Positions 23,989 through 38,800 are shown, counted from the first letter of the whole stretch. The stretch: DNA of 61,268 nucleotides, filler included, from Pirum gemmata (GCA_002812295.1; 11 parts of 11 records of this genome joined end to end with filler, not necessarily neighbours in it); one strand, 5' to 3'. Numbers and translations are program-made. The notes: generated by a model from the letters alone, not told the origin.

Positions 23989-26900
23989 TTATTTATTAAT
24001 ATATTTAAAAGAAAGTTCTTCATTGCAAAAGTATTATCACAGCTGTTGTTAGAATGCATACATATATGTAGATATATATGGCAATCAAAAATTAAAAAAG
24101 TTACGAGCAAAGAATAGCTTTGGGAATTATTATGACACCACCACCCAAAATTATTGTTATTTTGCTATAATGTAGGATGAACCTACTACTCTAAGTTTTC
24201 TCATTTCCTTATAACAATCAAGATATGAGAAATATATATTGAGATTGATCATGAGTTTTAATATAATTTGATTATTTCATTTGATTTATGAATATTATAA
24301 TAATACTCATAATATCATACTATTATCATAGGTTTTAATATATTATCATATTTGTGTATTTTTTGATATATTATCCTGCAACGTTGCTGTGAATCCTGTG
24401 ATAGTAGGCTGGCTTCTCATTTACAAATAATTACAGTCTCATCATCTCATGTAGCTTCTCATGTCCTATTTCCAGCAAAGGTAATTCCTCATTCCTATCA
24501 TAGACTAGCTAGCTATAGTTCTAGCTATCAATATCTGATAGTATTTGTATCAGCAATTCGGCATAGCTAGCTAGCTTAGTCTGTCTTAGTCGACTTGGGT
24601 CTTACGACTAGCTGGTGCGAAAAAAAAACTTGTGAAAGAATACATCTGGTTGGTTTTATATTTTGTGCTCATAATCTGAGAATAAAGAATCCCAGGTAGC
24701 TAGCTCTAGCTAGCTAGACAGTGCCTAGACTATCATTCCTATTTTTGTTTGTAAAGTCAACTCTAGCTAGCTAGTAGAAGAAAAAAAGAGCCTAGGAAAA
24801 AAAGAATAAGAAATTCATTTTTATTTTTATAAATGTCAACTTCCTTGAAATATCATAAATTATAGATAATTATACTATAATTATTCGAGTATGATAAATT
24901 GATAATCATATTATTTATTTATAAATAACCAACAAAAAAACAAAACAATACATTTTAGATTTATATTTGGTTTAAAAAATAAATATCGTATTCATTCATT
25001 TATACATGTATTATATTTAAAAATACATCATTCAATTATAATCATTATGATGTATTATATTATTATTATATTCATAAATGATGAAGAACTGTAATGATCA
25101 ATGATTTTCTTATTTTTGCGATACCTCGAGAGTCGAGACTCTCGACTCTCGAAGCTCTCTCAGCCTAGCTACTACTATCAGATAGTCAGATATCATACTC
25201 AGCCGTCCTGAGTGACTCCTCACTCTGTCCTCGCTGCCCTCTACTAGCTAGCTATGATAGCTGACCTATGCATATATATCCGGATATATACAGTATGTCA
25301 TATATAATAAGTTAACAATATATATCATGGGTTTCTCTTTCTTACCCTTATATCATATCATACTTCTTGTTGTAATTATAGGTACTGAGTAAAATGATTT
25401 TAAACTCGATTTTAAAAACTGATTTTAATGTGTAGACAGTACTACTATGATATTTTTTAATGATATGTCGTACTAAAGTAATAATAAAGCAACGAATCTG
25501 AAAAAACGTTTGGTCTATCAACCTTCAAAGACTATGAAAAAAAAAATCTTTTTCCTGGGTCTTTGCTACCTAGCTAGCTAGCTAGTAGTCTAGCTATCGA
25601 TAGTTCTAGACTAAAACTAGACTAAAAGTAATAAAAAGGCGTGGGTCCCAGACACCCAGTAGTGTCATAATAATCCTATAGCATAAATAGTGCATAAATA
25701 TTATTTAAAGCTGCATAATAACCTATAGATATATCAATAATCATAATCATAGTCTCTAGTAGCTAGCTAGCTGGCTATCATAAGTGGCTAGCAAGTTGCA
25801 ACAGCTTGGAAAAGTATCATATCGATATACCCAGACAGTATGGTTTTTAAAATTAATAATGACTACTAGACTACTTGTTAAATTTAATTTTCTTACTACC
25901 AGTCGTGTCGGTAGACCTATCACTTGATAGTCTATATCCATAATCCAGCTGTCTATATCACTTCTAGGCTATCATAATTATATCGATGAAATAAAATTTT
26001 ATGGGATACTTATCAGGATTCAGGACAGTACAGGTTGTAGCTGGTTGTAGCGCATATCTTTTTTGATATGATACTATCATACTAGTCTACTAGCTAGAGT
26101 AATAGCAGCTCTGAGGGCTAGTAGCTACTATCATACATAGAAACTATCTATGACACTTCTACATGACACTTCTATTATTATGACAGTATTATGACTTACC
26201 TGATGAGGCTATGATACATACCTCTAGCTTGATACATACTATTACTAGACTATTACTAGCTAGCTATTATCAAATATTATTACTAGCTAGCTATTGTTAC
26301 CTATTATTACAGGTTATATACTATGATAGCTATTATTATCATAGTCATACCTATTATTACTACTCTAGCTAGTAGGCTATTATTGCTTGACTATCATATT
26401 ATTAGTATTAGACTGCTTGGTAGAATGTGGTATGATAGCTACCGGTATCGATACCTGACAGCCTTCTGTAGCTAGCTAGAGCTCTGCTAGCTAGCTACTA
26501 CTAGCTATCATAGCTAGCTAGAGCTCTGCTAGCTACTAGCTAGAGCTATCTGATAGCTAGCTAGGTAGGCTTTTGTAATAGTTCGTTATATCATATTTAT
26601 TATATATAATAAATGCTAGCTAGTCCTAGCTAGTCAAGTTTAGCAGCTAGCTAGCTATCTGATAGCTAGTCTAGCTAGCTAGGTAGTACGTTATATTTAT
26701 ATATGACCATATAAATGCTAGCTAGTCCTAGCTAGTCAAGTTTAGCTACTTAATCTTTTAGTATTCTTAGAAGCAGCCAGATTATAGAGAGAGATAACTC
26801 AGGTTAGAACTTACAGACTACCAGTACTAGCTAGCTAGTGATAGCTACTCTAGCTAGAGCTAGCCAGCTATTATCAGAGTGTTCTATGACACTATCATAA

Positions 26901-29900
26901 TCAGGATAGAATAACTTTTGAACAGGTGGTCCGATCGAGCTCATTTTTCTTGCGCTCCACTAATGCTCCACCCAGTTGGGTGGGTAGGGTAGCTAGGTAG
27001 GGTAGCCTCTACTACTATGATAGTCTAGCTAGAGCTACATAGAGCTACATAGTCTAATAAGACTCGAAACCTTTTTTTTTCTTCTATCATAATATTTATT
27101 ATATGACATAATATGAAAAAAGAAATTTTATTACATAGGTCTACATATAAATATTTATAATAAGACTTATCAATAATCTATTATCTATATGTCAATAATG
27201 CTAAGGGGGACGATGAGGGCAAATTAATGAAATGAATAACGAAGGAAGTCAATTAACAAAATGGTCTGGACTCTGAAGCTTCCTACGCTCATTCAAGAAA
27301 AAAGTTGTATGGGTATTGGGTATGATATACGAAAAAGCTGCTTCATATAAACTATGATATCATAATATCTAAAGTTTTACAGCTAGTTTTACTACGGTAA
27401 CCACAAAAGTGGTCGAAAAGAGTTCGAAAAGCTAGGCCGAAATTTTTTTTTAAAAATCTTTTGTAAATATTTATAATAACTTGGTAGCTCAAATAGTCTA
27501 ACTGTCTTAAATTTTAAACATGAAAGTTTTAAAAAATGCCAATTTGATTGAATATCAATAAAATTAGATAAAATTAAGTTTTAAATTAAAAAATATAGTT
27601 AAAAGATGGTTCAGTACCACAACCACCTTTACATTTTTTACTCTTAATATTAACCATACCATCCTTTTTACATTTACTACAATATAATGGTTTAATCTGT
27701 CCTTCAAAGTTAAAAGAGGGTTCAGTGCCANNNNNNNNNNNNNNNNNNNNNNNNNNNNNNNNNNNNNNNNNNNNTTAATTAATTAANNNNNNNNNNNNNN
27801 NNNNNNNNNNNNNNNNNNNNNNNNNNNNNNAAAAAAAAAAAAAAAAAAAAAAACCTGAAGAAAAAAAGTGGGGCACGTGTGGCATGGCTAGTCCACTGGT
27901 TGTATAGGTAGAGTAGAGTCGAATTTTTAAACTAAAACAAAATTTTTTTTTTTTTAAAAGTCAAATTGTATAGAGTCAAATTGGTACATAGCTGCTTTCT
28001 CTACTTTCTCTTCTGTTTCTATTATTCAGATTAGTCTCTCTGACTAGTCTACTATACTAGACCAGGTTTATCGTGTTTTTCAGTTGTTTTGTCATCATAA
28101 AATATACAATAAAGAGTACCAAATTAATATAATATAAATCCAATTAATTATTCAGAGTGACAAAATAAATGAAAAGCAAGCTAGCTAGGATCATAGCTAC
28201 TTAGCTGTCTACTAGCTAGAGCTAGCTAGCAAGTTGAAGTAGCAGCTAGTTATAATAAATAACTGTTATTTATATAAATGAATTAGGGTTATGATACTTG
28301 AGCAAAATAAAGGATCAAAAAAAAAATATCGATTCAAACGAAGGTGTTTTAAATAGCTAGTTTTAAAGTCTAAAAATACCAATCTAGATGTCTCAGTTGG
28401 CAAAAATACCCTTCTAGATTCGATTCCATATTCAGATTTGGTAGGGCTAACACCTCCCCCAGGTATTAATTATTAATACTGGGTCCCACCATCGACCCTT
28501 ATGTTCCAACACAAACCCTACACACAATACTACAAAAATAGTTGAAGTAGTTGTGTTGTAGGGCTCGTTTGACCGGGAGATGTATCACTTTGAATTTGTT
28601 TTTGATCTGTCGCGGTGTTCTCAATGCTTATGGGGCCCGTGCAATAATACATAAATGAGCACTAAGTGCTACTAACCCCATGCTTAGTACGTATACTATG
28701 ATAATATTATATTAATATCATGATATTGTCTATTTTATCACAGTTGTCCTCTCAATCTTTTAATTTGGTACTGTTTAAGTGTATAATTGAACTTGTTTAT
28801 AAAATACAACATTAAGTATAAAATACCAAATTAATTAAAACATGTCTGATAATAATAATTTGGTACTTTTATTTCGGTTTTTGAACTGGACAACACTATT
28901 GAAAAACTATATCGTGCTTTTCAGTTATTTTGTCGTCATAAAGTATACAATAAATAGTACCAAACTAATAATTATCTATTTATTGATTTAAAAATGTCAA
29001 TTTAAAGATTATAACCCTCCAAATAAATATTCCGAGTGACAAAATAAATGAAAAGCACGATAATATACCCGACACATAGCTCGTTAGTGATCATGAATAA
29101 TCTTGTCCTTGAAAATAAAAATAAAACCCGATAGATGGGGGGGGGGGTCCTAGACCGAGTCTAGACCGGAGTCCTAGCCGATAAAGAGTACCAAATAAAC
29201 ACAATATAAACCCATTTCATTTAATTTGGTACATTTTATTATCCATTTATTCATTTTTAACAATGTCAATTAAAAAATTATAACCAACCAAATAAATACC
29301 CGGAGTGACAAAATAAATGAAAAGCGCTCACACAATAATAATGCATAGCTAGACTACAGTAGTTATTTTTGTTTTTATCTAGCCTAGCTAGACTAGTTAG
29401 ACAGCTAGTTAGACCCACGGGTCTGTACTCTGTACTGGACTCTGTAGCCGACTGTAGCCGATCTTATTTTATTTGACCCCAGTCTAGACTATATAAATAT
29501 CGATAAATAAATGAGGACTAAATGAGGTATCGCATATTAGTTATAACCGGTATGCATATAAGTCACGCGTGACGGGTGTATATCATCATTACATAAATGT
29601 AACTTTTAAATTATCCATACTATCGACTATGATAAATTACTATCAAATTATAATTAAAAAAAAATAATAATATAATAATTTATAAATCATCAGTACTAAC
29701 TAACTACACGGTCTACACGTGGGTTTTATTATATGGGGCCTCTAGCTAGCTAGCTAGGACTACTCATATCATCATCATCATCCGACTCTCAATCATGCTC
29801 ACTCAATCATGGGCATACCTGAGTTTGCAGAACTGTTTGAACTTTGCAGTCAGTCGCTGTATTATAAAAGGAGTTCTAAAAGGTCATTGTAGTGTATTAT

Positions 29901-30086
29901 TTATCAAATTGTTTTGTCATCATAACATATACAATAAACAGTGCCAAATTAATACAATATAAATCCATTTTATTTAATTTGGTATAGTTTCTAATCTAAT
30001 TATTAATTTAAAAATATCAATTTAAATATTATAATCAACAAAATAAATATTCAGAGTGACAAAATAAATGAAAAGCACAATATCAT

Positions 30087-30285
30087 TATTGTGTTTTTCA
30101 ATAGTGTTGTCCAGTTCAAAAACTGAAATAAACGTACCAAATTATTATTATGGTTAAACTATTAGACATGTTTTAATTAATTTGGTATTTTATACTTAAT
30201 GTTGTATTTTATAAACAAGTTCAATATACACTTAAACAGTACCAAATTAAAGATTGGGAGGACAGTTGTAATAAAATAGACGATA
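30087..30285. mobile_element. MITE-D (~200 bp; termini TATYGTGTTTTT...AAAATAGACGATA); copies at ~23472-23640, 28724-28908, 32225-32338, 35348-35478, 41025-41233, 44050-44160, 44269-44457
   Basis: Repeated core CCAGTTCAAAAACTGAAATAAACGTACCAAATT...AAACAGTACCAAATTAAAGATTGAGAGG. Confidence 0.8.
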
Positions 30286-30638
30286 TAATCATGAGACCTT
30301 CCAGAATCCAGACCTACCACGTGGTAGGTCTAATCATCTTTTTTTTTTTTTTTGTAATAATAACCCCTAGCTAGCTAGCTATTAGTACTGTAGTATTAAT
30401 AATATCATATCATAGTAGCTAGATAATAACCCTAACTAACCCCTACTAGAATATAGTCTAGAGACCCTATGATACCGGGTCTACCCTAACCCTAACCCTC
30501 ACCTTAAGTTAATAATAATTTGATTGGCGTTCGGTTTTAACTTGTTGAACCTTTCATAACAGTATATTATGATAGTAACTGTCTACTTAAGACTATATAC
30601 AATGAGTACTTATCTGATAGACCTCATGAGTCATGATA

Positions 30639-30770
30639 GGGAGCGTTCAAATAATACGTCACGTCAAGGGGTAGGTAGGTAGGTGGTATATGATCGGAAA
30701 TTAACGTCGGGGGGTAGGTAGGTAGGGGTATTTGAAGCTGTATTTGACCGGAAATTGGCGTTACATAGTA
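30639..30770 (+). mobile_element. MITE-A copy, right end decayed (further copies at 33423-33560, 40126-40259, 41735-41782, 43888-44026, 48793-48921, ~48995-49120)
   Basis: Shared core TACGTCACGTCAAGGGGTAGGTAGGTAGGTGGTATTTGACCGGAAATTAACGTC. Confidence 0.85.
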
Positions 30771-31268
30771 CTAAGACTCTAGCTATGATATGTAAGCTAT
30801 GGTACTGATATGAAATCATAATAGCTATCTGATATCAGATACTTGCACTGTGAGTCCGTGGACCGCGAGCGTGATAGTCTACTCTACTAGCTAGTAGCTA
30901 GCTACTCTAGCTAGCTAGCTGTGAGGTCTCGGTAGTGTCTCGGTCCTGTAGAGTAGACACAGTAGACTATAACTAGCTAGACTCTAACTAGCTGCCCTCA
31001 TCAAAGTACCCAGATCTTTCCAAATAAGACATAATTTCCAAAAAAAGACCAAAAGATCTCTTAAACTATATTTGGCTACTTTATATCTTAAACAAGTAAC
31101 AGTTTAGTTCATATTTCCATATGTAACTAAGCAGGTTTTTTCGTTTATTGTCGGTTGATAATAGACCTATCAATAAAAAAAATAAGGACCGGTATCTTCC
31201 GGTATCCCCTATACTACTAGTAGCTAGGCTAGCTAGCTAGTAGCTAGTGAGTGTATGCATGTAGACAT

Positions 31269-31433
31269 GGGAACACTCATAATAAAGGACGTCACTTATT
31301 CTTTGATAAAAGTCATTGCTCGAAAGTGTGACTTAAACTATTTTTGGCAATAATTAATCATTAAAATGAACTTTTAAAATTATGACCAAAAGTGTTTAGG
31401 AGGCATTAGTTGACGTCCTTTATGGATGATTCC
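31269..31433. mobile_element. MITE-B (~165 bp; TIR approx. GGAATCATCCATAAAGGACGTCAC); other copies at ~10747-10947, 34613-34858, 38951-39108
   Basis: Shared core GAAAGTGTGACTTAAAC..TTATGACCAAAAGTGTTT, with inverted AAGGACGTCA/TGACGTCCTT ends. Confidence 0.8.
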
Positions 31434-31495
31434 TATCATATCATATTTTATTTAAGACTGCATGAAAAAACAAATGGAGTTTGCTTTGATATTTA

Positions 31496-31640
31496 GGGTG
31501 AGTTCAAATACTACTTAACGCCAATTTCCCGTCAAATACAGCTTCAAATACCCCTACCTACCTTCCCCTCGACGTTAATTTCCGGTCAAATAGCACCTAC
31601 CTACCTACCCCTTGACGTGACGTATTATTAGAACGCTCCC
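31496..31640 (-). mobile_element. MITE-A, full-length copy with TTA TSD
   Basis: Aligns along its length to 60806-60950; TTA on both flanks. Confidence 0.9.
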
Positions 31641-31649
31641 TTATCAGGA

Positions 31650-31850
31650 GTTTGAAAACAAAACAAAATTGCAAAAGCTCGAAATTTTGTAGAAAGTAGG
31701 TGCCCCTGACTTGCCCCTGTCAGAAAAAAATTGGTCAAATCATCCACATTACATAATTATGTAGACTCTGACAGACGGGTTTATTTTTTGATGATGACGT
31801 ATCATTTATGTTGATTTATGTTCGGAAGTGAAAAAAAAACTATATCGAAG
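31650..31850. repeat. Dispersed repeat; inverted homologue at ~48510-48710
   Basis: GATGACGTATCATTTATGTTGATTTATGTTCGGAAGTGAAAAAAAAAC matches the reverse complement of 48520-48568. Confidence 0.65.
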
Positions 31851-32657
31851 TGATCGAACCACCAAAAAAAATTCCTAATCCGCAAAAAAAAAGCCGCAAA
31901 AACTGCAAAAACCTTTTTTTTTCGAGGAAATTAGTATCATCTGGATTGTCTAAATTTACATTCCGTGACTTCAGTTTGGCTTTTGTGGGCTAATAAAGTT
32001 GTCAGATATTTTTTTGTGTTATTTTATTGCATAGACAATAGCAAAAACTATTGCAAAGGGATTCTATTTGCACCTTTCCTTACCATAGTTCCTTGCCACG
32101 AGTATTCCACGAGTCTTGCCATTTATTTTTATTGGGTGGCTAGCTCAATGTTTTTTTTTTTTTTTCCTATCGTGCTTTTCAGCTAGCTAGCTAGCTAGTG
32201 CTTTTCAGCTTTTCAGTAGTTTTTCAGTTGTGTATTTTATATTATATTTTATAAACAAGTCCAGTTATAAAGTTAAACAGTACCAAATTAAATATTGAGA
32301 GGGTTAAACAGTACCAAATTAAAGATTGAGAGGACAAGTACTGGCACAAATTCCCAGCACAAATTCCCGTACAATAGCTATGATAGACTTATGATAGCTA
32401 CCAGCTAGCCTAATAATATCCGTGATACAGTAGTCTATGATAGTCTTAGTATCTATGTCAAAAAAAAGAAAAAAAATATTGTGAGAAAAAAAAAAAAAAG
32501 CTGAAAAAGCTGAAAAAGGGAAAAAAAAAAAGGAAAAAAAAAAGCCTGAAAAAAAAAGCTGGAAAAAAAAAGCCTGGAAAATTTTTTAGGCCGCAAAAAC
32601 CTTTTAGAAAAAAAAAAAAACTGCTTTGGAAGAAAGGTGAAAAAATCATTCTCTTTA

Positions 32658-32827
32658 GGGAGCGTTCAAATAATACGTCACGTGACTCACGTCAAGGGGT
32701 GGGTAGGTAGGTGGTATTTGACCGGAAATTAACGTCAAGGGGTGGGTAGGTAGGGTATTTGAAGCTGTACTTGACCGGAAATTGGCGTTACATAGTATTT
32801 GAACCTACTAGGTATTTGAACGCTCTC
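32658..32827 (+). mobile_element. MITE-A copy with micro-insertions
   Basis: Same sequence with TTA flanks; internal duplications at ~32680-32693 and 32795-32821. Confidence 0.85.
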
Positions 32828-35800
32828 TTATCGCACATATCTGGGGTCTCTAGAGTAGCTAGTAGTCTATGGCCATAGAAAAAAAAATATATTACTTTTA
32901 CTATTGTGCCTTGTGCTTTTCATTTATTTTGTTACTCTGAATATTTATTTGGTTGGTTATAATATTCAAATTGGTATTTTTAAATTAAAAATTAGATTAT
33001 AAAATATACCAAATTAAATAAAATGGATTTATTTTGGCACTCTTTATTGTATAGACTATTTTGTGATGTCAAAACAACCTAGACAAAACAACTGAAAAGC
33101 ACGATAGAGGTGGAAAAAAGTCGACTAGACTACTATTACATCTAACACATCTACCCTATCTACCCTCTAGCACATCTACCAGCTCAGTACCAACTACTAC
33201 TATTGTGCTTTTCATTTATTTTGTCTCTCCGAATATTTATTTGGCTGTTTATAATATATAAATTGATACTTTNNNNNNNNNNNNNNNNNNNNNNNNNNNN
33301 NNNNNNNNNNNNNNNNTTAATTAATTAANNNNNNNNNNNNNNNNNNNNNNNNNNNNNNNNNNNNNNNNNNNNTTTTTTTTTGGAGGAGTGAGTTGAGTTC
33401 AATTTTTTTTTCAGGACAGTTTGTTCAAATAATACGTCACGCCAAGGGGTAGGTAGGTAGGTGGTATTTGACGGAATTTAACGTCGAGGGGTAGGTAGGT
33501 AGGGGTCTTTGAAGCTGTATTTGACTGAAAATTGGCGTTACGTAGTATTTGAACGCTCCCAAGTCCCTGAAGGAAAAAACTAGTAAAAAACTGGGGGGTC
33601 TTTGAAGAAAAAAAATGCTAGAAAAAAAATGATTTCTACAGTTTTGTAGACTGTAGTCACAGTGTAGTGCAGCTGGTGTAGTGATAGTTTTATAAATAGT
33701 AGTTTTATCCGGCTTGGCTGTTTTTTGCACATATGACATATATATAAAAAAAAAAACTTGACTCTCTGTAATTTTATTCGCTTATTCACTTGTAGTATAA
33801 TAGTATTCACTCAGAGTATTCACTATGAATCGTGGTATAGAGTAAAATAATTGGATTACATTAAAAAAAAAAAAAAAAGTTCCTGTTTTCCATCATCAAC
33901 TACCATATATATATTCACATCGAATCAGCTGCATCAAATCGAATCATATTTTCTGGGGAGGTTCAGTGGGGACTGGGGACTCATGGGGAGAGGGGAGTGT
34001 GGCACTGTGTGGTGACTGGGGACTCAGTGGGGAGGTTAGATGAATTGCTTGCAGATCAGCTGTAGCCGAATGTAGATGGCCTACTAGCTAGCTAGGTAGT
34101 TTTATGACTGTTTATCTGGGTAGTTTAAAAAAAAGAAAAAAAAAATTGTAGTTTATGCTGTTAGACCTATATATAGTAAATATAGTGATACACAGTTGGC
34201 TGGAATCCTGGAATGGAATGCATTATAATTTCAATAGGATAACTAATTGAACTAATAGGATAGTAGGATGCAACACTGAGTATGATAATAGTTATGCAAC
34301 ATACAAAAATAGATACAGAAAACAGTCAGAAAACAGACTGAGAACAGTCAGAAAACAGTTCTACAGTAGTTCTACAGTTCTACTAGAGGTCTAGTAGGAA
34401 AACAAGGGTTGGGAGCTAGGGGTTGGAAGCTAGGGGTTGGAAGTTGGAACTTGGAAGCAGGTTGGATTCCGTTGGAAGTAAGAATGATATCAGATAATCA
34501 GATAGTCTGATTCGTCTAGCTACTAGCTAGTAGCTAGCTAGCTAGGGAGTCTTTTATCAACCTGGCTACAGACTTCTAGCTAGCTAGACAGGTGGTCAGG
34601 GGTAGAAGAAATGAATCATCCATAATATCATATACTATCATATATGAAGGACGTCACCTAATCTTACCTATGCATGCCTCTTTTTCCAATACACTTTTGG
34701 TCATAATTTTAAACTTATTAGAAAGTGTGACTTAAACTGTTTTAGGCAGTAATTAATTATTAAAATGAACTTTGAAATTATGACCAAAAGTGTTTTGGAC
34801 AAAGAGGCATAGGTATTAATAAGATTAGGTGACGTCCTTTATATTATGGATGATTTCTAAGCTTCATACTATCGATAGCTATGATCCTATGACATAACAT
34901 GCATATGGTATATCATAGAATAATATAATAATATAATAACATACAATATTAATAATATAATAGCATACAATATTAATAATATAATATATCATACTCTTAT
35001 TATTATATTATTATTAATATTATATATATTTTATTATACATTATTATATTATTATCATGATTATTATAATATTAACTTTGTATGAATAATTATATAATAT
35101 TATATATAGTTTTTATTTCTTGCGATTGTGTTATTATTGTTATAATTATTATCATATTATTATTATTATTATTATATTGTTATCCTTATTATAATATAAT
35201 ATTTAACATTAATAATACGATTGCTTTTCTTGCTATTATATTATTACTAGATTATTAGAACGTCATTATTGTTGTAATTATTATTAATATTATTATACTC
35301 TGAAACATTCATTATTATTATTATTATATATTATTATTATTATTAGTGGGTTCAAAAACTGAAATAAACGTATTAAATTAATTTTATTCTTAATGTTTTA
35401 TTATGTAAACAAGTTCAATTATACTTTTAAACAGTATCAAATTAAAGATTGAGAGGAAAACCGTAATGAAATAGACGGTTTTTTAAAAGTAATGATTATT
35501 AGATGATACCACGGAGGATGATATCGATAGCTACTCTCTACTATCTAGCTAGCTAGTAGAGACCGGAGAGTCTAGTCTGTTTGAATCTATGATATTAATA
35601 ATATAATATGATAATGATGTATAAAAAAAAGGAGGAGTAGGTTACAGTTATTATAGTTTTAAAAAATTAAATTATCATAATAAAGTTTTGTTTTGTTGAT
35701 TTGTTTCATAATACTTTGGTATCAGATATAAGTTGATGGTTTGGTTGTCAGTTGGTTGTGATTTGTTGTATTATTCACAATAAGACTAAAGTAAAATTAT

Positions 35801-38800
35801 AGTCTATGATGAGTAATTGTATTGTTTTGTTGTTGTAGAAACATTGGTTTTGAACCTTTGTTCCTAGAATTATAGCGGTGTAGTCGTTGTTGTGGATATT
35901 GTTGGGAGTTATCATCTAAATTTTGGTTATTAATAAATAGACTATGTAATATTTTTTTGATGTATTATATGTAATCCATTATTAATATATAATAATATTA
36001 TTCTAATCTAGTCTTACAGTTTTGTCTATGTTCAAAAATGTGTAGTTTGACTTCTGGTGGAAATTCTTTGGAACAATATTGACATTAAAAAGGTTGAGGT
36101 TTCGAGTAACTTTCGATGTCCACTCTTGTTGGTTTTCTTTGGGTTAGTATCCATATGTGACTTTTTAGTATTTTTGGGTATTCCTTTTTTGTATTGATTC
36201 TTCTATTTTTTCCCCTTCATTTTGTTCTATATTCCGCAGGTTGTTTGATTGTTATCTTCGAAGGTTTTTGTATTGAGATTTTCTTCTATTTGTTTTATAC
36301 TACGTATACTGTTTGTCATTATATTTGGTTTAGACTTGGAGCATATTTATATATAATATTTTTGTTGTTTCTTTTTTACATAATTTTTTATATTGTTGTA
36401 GACCTATTATACTTGTATTAAAATTTGTATCATAATAAATCTTATTGTTGTTGTTGTATTGATGGGTGTATGATAGCTAGACTAGTATGTTTTGTAGGGT
36501 TTCGACTGTGTGGGTTATCCCAGTGGGTTATCCATGTTGGTAAAAACTGTAAAAATCTACTCTACAGTATTGATAGTATATAGGTTTGTCTATATATATA
36601 GCAAAAATTCGGTTATTTTCATATATATCAATAAACGGTTATTATCATATATAAAAAAGGGTATATTGATGAAATACTAGCTAGGTACTAGCTAGATAGT
36701 AGATACTACTAGGTATACCGTATATATAGTGGTATAAACTTTTTCGTACTCTTTTCGAAATACAAAAAAAGAATTGGTATGATAACCCCCTAGCTAGCTA
36801 GTAGTAGTGATAACCCTGAGTGATAACCCCCACTGGTCTAGCTAGCTAGTAGCTAATCTCTATTTAGTCTATAATGTGGGGTCCCATTATTGTGGGCTGA
36901 TATATCTCTCTTACTACTAGCTCTAGCTAGCTAGCTAATATAAATACATTGGCCAATTAGACCAATCAAAAACATCATTATGATACTCTATAGTACTCTA
37001 TTATAATAATATATTATTGTATATCATAAATTCATAATATAAGTAGGGGTGAGATATCTACTGGAACTTTTTTCGAACAGATGCTTCCGCGTTTTTACTA
37101 ATAATAGCAGTTAAATAGCTTAAAATAGTAAATCCAATTATAGTAGTTACCAATTAAAGTAATAATATTAACATTAATAGTAATAAAAACCATAAATCGG
37201 AAAAGTTCCAGGAGCTGTTCGGTAATAATAAAATGACGTCATCTCTACGATAGCTTCTATAGGCCTAGCTGTAGCCTGTAGCTGCTCTACTACTAGCAGA
37301 AGCTGATAGGCTGATAGGCTGATAGGCTATGGTATGATATGAGGTATGAATCCCAGAATCCGCTGTATGAATGATGAATCCTGAATGATGAATCCGTATG
37401 AAACTTGGAAAAAAAAAAAAAAAAAAAAGTTAGTATAGTAGATTCTATATAATATATAGGCTCTAGCTAGCTAGATCTATAAAATTTGATACTCTAGCTA
37501 GCTAGATTATACATATCGATATAATTATGACATCTGATACTCTAGCTAGCTAGCTCTGGGAGAATTATGATACACTTGGCTAAGTATTACAGGCCCTCTT
37601 TCAAGAATTGGGTGAAAGAATATGCATACATTTCAGATGATAATACCAAAGTGGATAATGCAAGAGTACTGTAAGTTTCGAAAATTGATTGTTAGAATGA
37701 TGGACTTTATAACTAAAGGAGTCACAACGGGACCGGCTTGGTTCGGTGGAGGTGCTAACCAAGTTTCCCTGAAACTCGAGATAAATGGTCATATTATCAT
37801 ATACATATGATATTATTACATAATGCCAGCGTCACCTGTATAAAAAAGTCTACACGGGTGACACATGTTTATTATTGTAGCGTCCTGGTTTATTTTTTGA
37901 ACACATAGTCTACTAGCTAGAGTCTAGACGGGCTTAGACGGGTGGGGTGACTGGGTTCTAGCTGGGTTCTTGCTAGGGTAAAATTAATCCAGAAGGGGGC
38001 AAAATTTTACTATAGTCTATCTTCACCATTGGCGCAAAAAAACTTTTTTTTGGATAATTTTAGAGTCTATTTTCTCCGAAAATATCATTTTAAAATTGTT
38101 TTCCCTAGTTTCGAGTTTTTTATATAGGTTTGATTTGCAATTTTCAAAAAATGAAAAAAAATGTAAAGCCATTATTTGAGCCAATAACAAGCTGTTTTTA
38201 AGCTCGAAAGTTCGGATCGACTTAATTTTTCCATTCCGAAAATAAGAAATGGTATTCGAGTTCTTTAAAGTTGACTAATCAAAAAGGCTAATAACTGATC
38301 GATATAGTGATCGATTTTGTTTCTTGAGTTTCAAATCATGTTTGTTTCTATAATTAAATAAGAAATGTTATTCGAGTTATTTAAAGTGATCGATATAGTG
38401 ATCGATTTTATTTATTGAATTTCAAATCATGTTTGTTTCTATAATTTGTATATTTTGCTTTTTACCTTTTTTACTCCTTTGTTCAAATTGTTCATTCTAA
38501 ATGTAAGAAACTACGTACTTTGGTTGGCTCCCCCGAAAAACATCCAGACGTAGCTACTCGAAAATTTCAAAAAAAAAATAGGGATTTAATTAAGCGGAAT
38601 TATGCGGCAATTGCGGCGCAATTTGAAACCCTGCAAATTAGATTTTTTTTTTGTTTTTTTTCGCCCTTTTGGATCAAAAAAAAAAATTTATAGTGGTATA
38701 CCAGTATACTAACTATTTATTTTACCAAATACGATTTACTTGTTACTATATTTAAATATTTTTAGGTAATAATTTAATATATAACCATTTTTAGTAATAT

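Noticed and set aside
38579..38633. Mini hAT element TAGGG...CCCTG
   Set aside because: The inverted repeat is imperfect, there is no 8-bp TSD, and it is a single copy here.
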